Source: Perna viridis (lineage: Eukaryota). Taken from it: a stretch of 64,000 nt of DNA. A program made the translations under genes and the position numbers. The notes beneath the pieces are model-generated. The model saw nothing but the letters and a program-made list of their open reading frames with translations. It was not told where the DNA came from and made no database searches. Below, piece after piece: positions 55,278-64,000 of the stretch. The first letter of the stretch is position 1. Each line of letters starts with the position of its first letter. The DNA lies in contig CM074511.1 of assembly GCA_037379345.1 (NCBI GenBank), positions 24,845,171 through 24,909,170 on the forward strand, given 5' to 3'.

Positions 55278-55453
55278 CAGTAGCAGATCTAGAGATTTTG
55301 AGAAGGGGTGTTCAAGAGGGTTTCCAGAAAAAAAGGGGGTTCCAGGCCATTATTGCTTATTTTTACCCAATTTTGCACTAAATCAACAAAGTTTTCCAAT
55401 GAAAAAAAAAAGGTGGGTGCCCAATGCCTGGAACATCCCTGGATCCAACACTG
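55278..55453. mobile_element. MITE, CAGTGGCGGATCCAG-type TIR, CpG-decayed
   Basis: cagtagcagatctag / ctggatccaacactg; interior similar to 18042-18201. Confidence 0.72.
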
Positions 55454-57761
55454 TTCAAGTTTTATTTGCCATAGTATAGTGGAATATTGCAATACTCTAA
55501 ATATTCATCATTATTCATGAATTCTTGTTATTATTTGTGTCCTTCTAATTTAATTCTTAATTGTATAGTCTAAGACCATTATAGTTAGGATTAAAATCTG
55601 AAAAAAAAAAATTACATTAAAATCTGTCTTAACTGGCCAAGATAGTTTGGAAAATGTGTGTAACTTGACAGTTTTTAAGTCCTTAAATAAAACTTTTGTA
55701 TAGCATTTCAACCTGTGTATTAAAACAACCTGCCTTATCCAACATATTTCTCTTTGGTGTGAGCTTTAGGCAGGTTCGACTGTATTACATTTCAGAGGAC
55801 TACAATTGTCTAAAATCCTCAAATTACATTGAGCTGAATTGGTACATAAAAGTGAAAGTGTCTGTTAATACCAAAATTACTGTAGGTTTATTTTGGTCAG
55901 ACTTGGGCGTATTATACTTGTACATGTATTGATATATGTTTATTTATGTTTACTACTGATTAAATAAGGCTATGCTGAGTCAGTTTTGATAGTATGTTAA
56001 TAGTACTTAGAACATAGTGCTGTTAATCCAGGGAAAGCAATATCATTAGTGTTAAAAATTCTGAAATTTTTTATGTACCATGGTGTGGAAGTGTTAGGCT
56101 AATTTTTTCACAACCTTGGAGTTTATTTTATCACATTAATGGGGGTAAATGAAAGTGAAATACTGATAATTTATGTCCGTATAAGTTTGGTTAATTGAAA
56201 TGTAGTCATGTTGAGGTCACTTATCCCATGAAGGGCAGTGTATTTTGGGTAATTCTTATTCCTAATGAAAAGCTGTGTGGGCAATATTTGAAATAATCTT
56301 CAGTGGGTTACATGAGTTGCATTTGATAATAGAATCTGAAACTTGCTCAATGCATTGCATCAATTTATTTAATCTTATGTGGGCTCAATAAATCAAAACT
56401 TCAAAAAATATGGCAACAGGGCAAAAAATATATAATAAGTTTTTCTTTTTTAACTTGTTACCTTTTCACCTTTAGTAATTTCATATTTCTAATCGAAATC
56501 TGTCTGAGGACTTGTTGTCCATATTTGTGTGGTACAATTATCACCATTATATCAGTTATAACAGGTGTTAGGAACAAAATGTAAATGAAATTTGTTTGTA
56601 GTTTCTTTTAAACAACCATGTCAAATATGACCAATGAACATTAAAATGTCACCCTCAAACATCGATAGACATCTCTTAGCCTGATCTCTTAAATTGAAAT
56701 ACAAGGTAAATTGCTTCTCAGACATAACTTGACAATTGAACACAAATTTGAAAGTTTATATTAGAAATTCTTTTTGTTAATCTGTTTTGTACAAGTAAAA
56801 GACATGTATGCTGATATCAGCCGTTGTAATTTGGTCGTACTGTTCAGTACCAGGCCCTTAATTAAATAAGATATAAATATTTTATGTATCCTAAAGGAAC
56901 TTCCATTACAAATCTGTTCTATTTACTTGTTTTGGTATTCAATTGTTTCCTTCAATAAACTTTTTTCAATTCAAATTAAGTGATTATTTATGCTTTGTTT
57001 CTTGAAGTGTTAATTTTTCATGTTTATTTTCAAATATAATAAATTTAGTGATGCATTCTTGAACTTCTGACGTATACATTTGTTGTTTTGTTTGGGTGGT
57101 TAGGTAAATCTAATCCTTTTGTTTGGTCTGGGTGGCTCATGGCATTTGTACTATGGATGTGTTAGATCTCTCTTACTGAGTACACAATGGTCAAAGGTAG
57201 CCGATAGTCTCAAAAATTTTAAGTTGGTCGGAAGTTGTACTTTAAGATTGGATAACTATATTGTAGCTGCTTCACCTATAGAATCATTCTTAAACTTAAA
57301 ACCAAACTTTATTGTGACAGAATATCTTTCAAGATTGAAATTTTTGCAATGTACTGATAAGTTATGGCTGTTCGTATACTTGTAGCTTTTTATAAAGTAT
57401 TTTCTATAACAATGATAAAATTGAAAAAAACATACATGGAGCTATAAAGTTTACTAGTGTTATGTTTTTTTGGATGTTTTAAAATGGAAGATATATGTAT
57501 TTCCTTAAAAGTTGCAAATTAACAAACCTATGGCATCAGATAATGTTTGAAGAAAACAGATTTTTTTTTCTAGTTAGAGCTACAATAATCTATGTATTGT
57601 TGTAGTTTTGGTTTATTTAATTAGTGGTATTTGGGCAAACTCTAAAAGCACCAAATGTGCACACCACTTTGCTAACATGCTATATATGTAGAGTGAATAC
57701 TCTCAAAATGTAATTTTGATAAGTAACATGATCGATATGTAAATATGTTTTTTTTTTTCAG

Positions 57762-57886
57762 AGTGGACCTAAAATATCACCAAATGCACATGAATCATTA
57801 AAAGAATTTTGCAAGTGGCAGCATTTACAGAATGAAGTCAGTGATGCTCATCCTTATCATTATGACACCGCTGTTCTAATCACACG
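57762..57886 (+). CDS. ADAMTS9: ADAMTS-like exon 6 (catalytic domain, before the HExxH motif); gene continues beyond window
   Basis: SGPKISPNAHESLKEFCKWQHLQNEVSDAHPYHYDTAVLITR contains the FC.WQ and HYDTAVL.TR motifs; cag| and CG|gtaagt, phase 2. Confidence 0.95.
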
Positions 57887-58693
57887 GTAAGTGAAGCATA
57901 TCCTTATCATCATGACACTGCTGTTCTAATCACACAGTAAATCTAGTGATGCTCATCATTATCATTATGACATCATTGTTCTAATCACACAGTAAGTGAT
58001 GCTCATCTTTATCATTATCACACCACTGTTCTAATCACATGGTAAGTGATGCCATCCTTATCATTATGACACTGCTGTTGTAAGCACATGATAAGTGATG
58101 CCTTATCACTATGACACAGTTGTTTAATCACCTAGTAAGTATATTGACACTCATCCTTATCATTATGACACTGCTGTTCTAATCACAGGGTAAGTAATGC
58201 TCATCCTTATCATTATGACACTGCTGTTGTAAGCACATGATAAGTGATGCCTTATCACTATGACACAGCTGTTCAATCACCTAGTAAGTATATTGACACT
58301 CATCCTTATCATTATGACACGGCTGTTCTAATCACAGGGTAAGTGATGCTCATCCTTATCATTATGACACTGCTGTTGTAAGCCCATGATAAGTGATGCC
58401 TTATCACTATGACACAGCTGTTCAATCACCTAGTAAGTATATTGACACTCATCCTTATCATTATGACACCGCTGTTCTAATCACAGGGTAAGTGATGCTC
58501 ATCCTTATCATTATGACACTGCTGTTGTAAGCCCATGATAAGTGATGCCTTATCACTATGACACAGCTGTTCTTATCACACGGTAAGTGATGCTTATCTT
58601 TATCGTTATGACACCGCTGTTCTAATCACACGGTAAGTCTAGTGATGCTCATCCTTATCATTATGACACCACTTTTCTAATCACATTGTAAGT
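57840..58693 (+). repeat. 17-unit tandem minisatellite (~50 bp) derived from the exon 6 3' end plus splice donor, with a 149-bp higher-order repeat
   Basis: Unit AGTGATGCTCATCCTTATCATTATGACACCGCTGTTCTAATCACACGGTA; unit 1 is the real exon end; a 50+44+55 trimer recurs at 58045, 58193, 58342 and (partial) 58491. Confidence 0.97.
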
Positions 58694-61600
58694 CTACTCT
58701 TCTGTCTCGATTCTGTGTTCTGATCTGCATTACTAGTTGTTATATGCTATGTATACTTCTATGTCACATGATAAGTCCATTCTCTGTCCTCCAACAGTGT
58801 ATACTTCCATTACTGTCAACCATGTGATTTCTGCATAGAGAAAGAATGTTATTGAGCTCTCCAGTGGGTACTTTCAATGCATTGAGTTTTTGTCTTTTAG
58901 TCTGGTGCAATGCATTAAAAAGTGAGATTATATAGAAAAGAAGCATTAACTTTCTTTATTCTCAGATATATGGTGTTCGGTTTAATGTGATTGAAAAATA
59001 GGTTTGGGGGACAAGAGACTTCATCTTACTTCTCAGTTGGCAGAATCATGGCATTTGGCTCAAAGTGAATTAATTGACCAGTTTATTTTCATTTAAATGT
59101 ATCTTTTAACACTGACATGGCATTGCTACTTGTTTTAAGTTTACCCTTGTCTTACTTTGCCAATTTAGCAAAAAGCCATATAACAACCGAATTCCTCACA
59201 AGTTGCCTCTGACCACCAATGTGGTTTATCACTCACTATACATTCATTGACCTCTTGTGTAAATCTAAATAATGAGAAAAACACTGTTTTGTGATGGACA
59301 GGGTGCTATGCATGATGGACAGAAAATTTGCTTTTCTGAATTGGATGGTTAGTTCTATTACACATTGTTACACTATAAATGATAGGCACTGGTCAACAGC
59401 CTTTGATGTTTACCAATAATATTTAGATGGAAATGAAAACTTGTCAGAGTTGTCTTGATTGACTTCAGAATGAGTTGTTAGATAGCACTGTCTGTCTCTA
59501 GCTGTGAATAGTAGCACTGTCTATTCATTGAGGCTGTATAGAATGAAAAGATGGATGTATTATTAGGTGTATGTCTGTATGTCATGATTTGTTCTGTTTT
59601 TATTATACCCTGTCCTTTGGAAGGAGAAGGGGTATTCTGTTTTTATTTTGTAGGTTCTTAAATGTTTTGCTGTCCTTTTCTTCAGTGTCACATTCAAGAC
59701 TTATATTTGTTTAGAGGTTGATGTCTGGGCTTTAATATAAGCATCCCCCTTTTATTTCACTCAGACTAGTTTTTGTTTTTTCAAATCTCTGAAGATTACT
59801 TGTTCCATACCTAATGGAATATCACTGATGTGCTTCTTATACTCTTAGCTTATATTGTACTTTATCTGTCTTTTAGGCAGCCTTTAGACTTAGCATATCT
59901 TTTGTTCTGTGTTGGCATATCTCAGACTTGTCCCTACATTTTGCTTAAGTAACCCTTTCTTCCACCATCCTTTGTTTACTTGATATTGCTATCATTCCTC
60001 AGACTTATCCACTGACCACCTCTTCCATCAAACTTGCCAGTCTTCCTTTGTTGGTTGCCCTTATCTTTTGCCCCTCTGACAATCTCTACCCCTGAACTTG
60101 CCAGCCTTTCCTTGGCCTGATTGGACAGGTGGCATATGTAAAGACTGGGCAATTCTGTGTTCTGTAGTGTGTTTCTGTGTTATAGTCTGATGGACAAGTT
60201 GCTTGTCTGATGGTTGATTGATGAGGCTATTTATAACAGGTGGTAGGTCAAAGGTCAGGTAGCCATCAAAAATATATATCAAGTGGTTATGAGAGTTTAA
60301 ATGATGGCATCTTCTACTATGAAGAAATATTTTTATCATGTCCAGTTTCTTTTGTTAGGTTGTAATTATTTTTCATGTTGAAAAAAAAAACCATGAATAT
60401 AAAATAAATTTTTACCTATCTTGTTCAGTGTCATGAAGCATCCCAATCTATCAGATCTTTAATTTCAAGCCATCAATTTAATCTTTTATTAATTTAAGAG
60501 TAGATAAGAGGAACATATCAATATTAGATGTTTCATGTAATGACCCACACTATATATATTTTATGGACATTGAATGACATACTGAAATACTCAGTTACTG
60601 GTAGATTTCTTGTTTTGTGAATAATTTGATAAAGGATTAATCTTGTTGGATAGTTTTGAATACTTTAATATCTTAACTTGTGTTTGTTTGTTTGTTTGTT
60701 TGTTGGGGTTTAAAGTCCGAGCAGCAATATTTCTTAATATTTCTTAACTTGTGAAATTGATTTTCATTTATTTTTTAGAGTCAGGACAATGGTCCACATT
60801 TTGCTTGAAGGCTTTTAGTATAAATGCCATTGTTGATGGAACAGTAGATATATAATATATTTGCTTTGCTTTTGTCACAAAGGGTAACATGACAACCTGT
60901 AGTTCAGATTTCTTCAATAAATAAAATTATAAAGGGATAATATTGAATTTTATTTATTTTTTGGATTATTCATCAGATAAATTTGTTTCCCAATCTGGTT
61001 CATTGACATTGATAGTACATGGTCAGTGACTTTATTTTCTCTTAAACCCTTTGAAATTCTCACACTTACAAATGAGAAACTTTACCCACATATAAATCAC
61101 AAATTTATTAAAATTTTAGTCTATTTTATCTGTAATTTATTATGTTATGATGCTTGTCTTTCAATAATGCTTAGGCTGGTATAATAAAAGAAAAAGAAAA
61201 TAAAAAGGTGTGAAAGATAATGCTGATTTAGATAAGGAATTTTTATGCTGTAATACATATTATCAGTAACAAGGGCGAAGACCTCCATCATAATGGAATA
61301 GAGATAATGAATGATTATTTTTCCATAACTTACATTAAGTTTATATGCAGTAATATGATTTATGATTATATAAATCTTCAGTGTTGTTCCGGGGTGGTCA
61401 TTTTGAGAAATTGTAGAAGATAAAATTGCTTTAGGAGTTGTGTTGTCTTGCCTTTAACTAATGCTTTCTCCAGCAATGAAATTGTTTTTTTTTAATATAT
61501 TGAAATTTTTTTTTTCTTTACTGTATTTCTAACTACCGATAGCTATATATTTCAATGAAAAGTTTAGAATGCCCCAAACTAGTAAACTATAGCGAAACTC

Positions 61601-62379
61601 CTTTTTTTTTTATTAAATTATTCATGATCAGTTAGGCTGTGCTCTTCGATTAATTACGGTATTTATTGCAGATTTTTTAAGTTGAATTTATTTTTGAGTA
61701 ATTTTTGAAAGAAATGATTTGTTGATGCATTTAAGGATGAATTTCAGTTAATTAATGTTAATAGGCAGATTCATAACTCTTTTGAGTAAACAGAACATTT
61801 GGCTCATTGATCAACATAATCTGATCTTTTATTGACCTTGATGACCTTATTTGAACTTTTTGATTTTAATCAATAATCAAATTAATTGAAATTCTGATTG
61901 AGTTTTGATTATGAATGTACCCTGAAAAGATTTGGTATTAGGTGAATGACCTTTGAACTCGGATGGCATGTTGACATGGGTGACGTGACTTAATCCCTTG
62001 CGGTTGACTCCTAATCCGCTATGACATATGCTATCAGTGACGACTGTAATAATCGGGTGGACCAAAGATATCATAGATACCCTAAATTGTGCTGAAGTTT
62101 GTTTTATTGTAGGAGGTAGTCTGAAGTATGATTTATGAGAATAGGTGCTTTTTTTTCGTCATTCTCTCATTGAATATCTGTTCCAGGTACATGTAAAATT
62201 AAATTCTCCCATTGAATATCTGTTCCTGGACATTAAAAATTTATCTAGCAGCACTGTACTTTTCATTGCTCCTTTATGTGTTGTTTGACCAATAAAGATC
62301 TCGTATTGAATGATTGATAAGTTTCTTCTATTTAAGATCCTTGTTTTTTTTTACGGTATCACTGTTGTTGATGTGTTAT

Positions 62380-62950
62380 GTCATTTGTAGTCTGCCCATC
62401 AAAATGGCATTCATTATGCAAACTAAATTAGATTTGATTTGATCTGTAGGTTGTTTTTTTCAATTTCATACTGGCTGTTAGACTTGATTTGATATCATTC
62501 TATTGATAGATTATGCCATAGATATAAATTCAAAAATAAAGACTCTGAAGCACAAGAGACCATCATCCTTCCATTGTTGCCTGGACTGATTTATTTACAA
62601 TGGTTATTCCTTATACAAAGGATCTTGAACAAACCTGTCCACCTTCAGAATTTTATCTTTGGTGTACTTTACATGTTCTTGATAATGCAGGGTCATGAAC
62701 TTTTCCAATTAATAAATCAGACTCTTTAAGTCCAAGTATTGACCCAATTTCTCATGTTTCCATGACGGCCTAGTAATGTCTTCCTTAAGTCTTGATTGAA
62801 AATTACCAAATCTAATAAATGTTAATGTTTTGTGTTTTGTTCTTCCATTGTATTGCCTGCCTTCCATAACTCTTGTTTCTATGTCACTCCCTGATTGCCT
62901 AATTTCACTTGATCTATTCTTTGCCTGATTTGCCAATTTTTTAGTGTCTT
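62380..62950 (-). mobile_element. Possible highly decayed LINE APE-endonuclease relic
   Basis: Stop-riddled minus frame with ILGLKES, VHQR*NSEGGQV, IYGIIY and ILMG/DY in the order of the APE motifs (IL.L.E, R.DR...GGGV, IY, L.GDFN). Confidence 0.35.
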
Positions 62951-63594
62951 GCTGATTTTACAATGAAATACAACTTCTAAAGTATGTTCTTATATTTGCC
63001 TCAAAATTGTCCAGTGGTTTATTTCCATCTGGTTTCCATATTGCCTATGTATTTAGTTGCCTGCTAGCTTTACTTTGAAGATCACTTTCTTGCCTGATTA
63101 TTGCCTTTTAACTTGCCTAATTTGCACTGGTTACCCCAGGTTACCTCCTGACTTTAATCAGAGTGACCAGACTACATCTTAAGGTTCACAACTCTGATCT
63201 CTGAGTTATTACCTGTCTATATCAGCTGGGAAGGCTATAAAGAATTATGTTTTTATTAAAGGGTCCTGCTGAGCCCATCAGATTGAATGACTTGAGATTT
63301 ATTGTACACAGCAGGAAGGGCATGTTATGTATTGCTAACCTGCTAAAAATCATTGTACTTATCAATTAAGACCTCTTAGCTTGTGAATTGGGGTGAAGCA
63401 GGTTAATTATACTTTATTGGTTTGGCAAGATGAAAATATTGCCTGCTTTGCTCTTTGATTGAAGCATCTGTGACCAGAAACTCACTGTTGATAGTTATAG
63501 CAATGTACTTTCCTAGTAAAGAGATGTGTCCATTGTGCAGATATGTATCCAAATCTCACAACAGAATAAATATATACAAGGCAAGTGTAGTGAT

Positions 63595-63763
63595 TCAGAT
63601 GGAGGCCTAAGATAATGTTAGTGATGAACCATTGAGTTAGAAATGAACAGACTTAATCACTTGATCATGGAGAAGTTTACTGAAGATGGCTAAAGACAGA
63701 CAAAAGTGGCATACCTTTGTTGCTGCCACAAATACCAATTTATGTAATGGGCAGTAATTGTAA
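63595..63763 (+). mobile_element. RTE-clade LINE 3' end relic
   Basis: RPK...IELEMNRLNH/SWRSLLKMAKDRQKWHTFVAATNTNLCNGQ* matches the RTE C-terminal W.....A.DR..WR..V.AL motif; short gtaa tail. Confidence 0.65.
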
Positions 63764-64000
63764 TGGTGGAGCACATTGCACTTCGAAGACATATGGAATA
63801 CTGAATACAATTACACATTTTACTGCAGCTTATTCCACCATTGTGGGTAAACACTGTTCTTGAATGCTGACATGTTTTAGTGTCTGTACCATAGTTTAAG
63901 ACATGGCTAAATGCTCACTTGATTGCTTGCCCCATCAAACGTCAAGTAAGAAAACATTAACAGTAAATGCTTAGAATGCAGTTTCTTCAGGATTTTTGAA

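Noticed and set aside
57840-58693. CRISPR-like array or mutually exclusive exon cluster
   Set aside because: There are no unique spacers and the DNA is eukaryotic. The units have donors but no polypyrimidine-AG acceptors, so they are not cassette exons.
59800-60200. Strand-biased pyrimidine-rich segment overlapping ORF 60061-60339
   Set aside because: It could be a decayed retroelement, but no recognisable motif appears in the frames I read.
60682-60704. (TTTG)n microsatellite, poly-G runs (about 34359 and 41054) and (CAAAAA)n tracts
   Set aside because: These are ordinary simple repeats.

Overview
This is AT-rich, intron-rich eukaryotic (animal) DNA; the repeat content suggests a bivalve, probably Mytilus-like (inference). 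Two spliced genes lie head-to-head. On the minus strand is a BRPF1/peregrin-like chromatin scaffold gene with 11 coding exons traced from 12093 down to 923 (C2H2 finger, EPC-N, PZP/PHD module, bromodomain); the PWWP end lies outside the window. On the plus strand is an ADAMTS9/20/GON-1-like metalloprotease with 6 exons traced from 20581 to 57886 (signal peptide, prodomain, first half of the catalytic domain), including a 25 kb intron; it continues beyond the window. All traced junctions are GT-AG and phase-consistent. Introns and intergenic DNA hold many MITEs and non-autonomous DNA transposons, SINE relics, and Penelope-like and LINE relics. The most unusual structure is at 57840-58693, where the 3' end of an ADAMTS catalytic exon plus its splice donor is tandemly amplified 17 times with a 149-bp higher-order repeat, leaving 11 extra GTAAGT donors behind an in-frame stop. 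No rRNA, tRNA gene, CRISPR array or prokaryotic system was seen.
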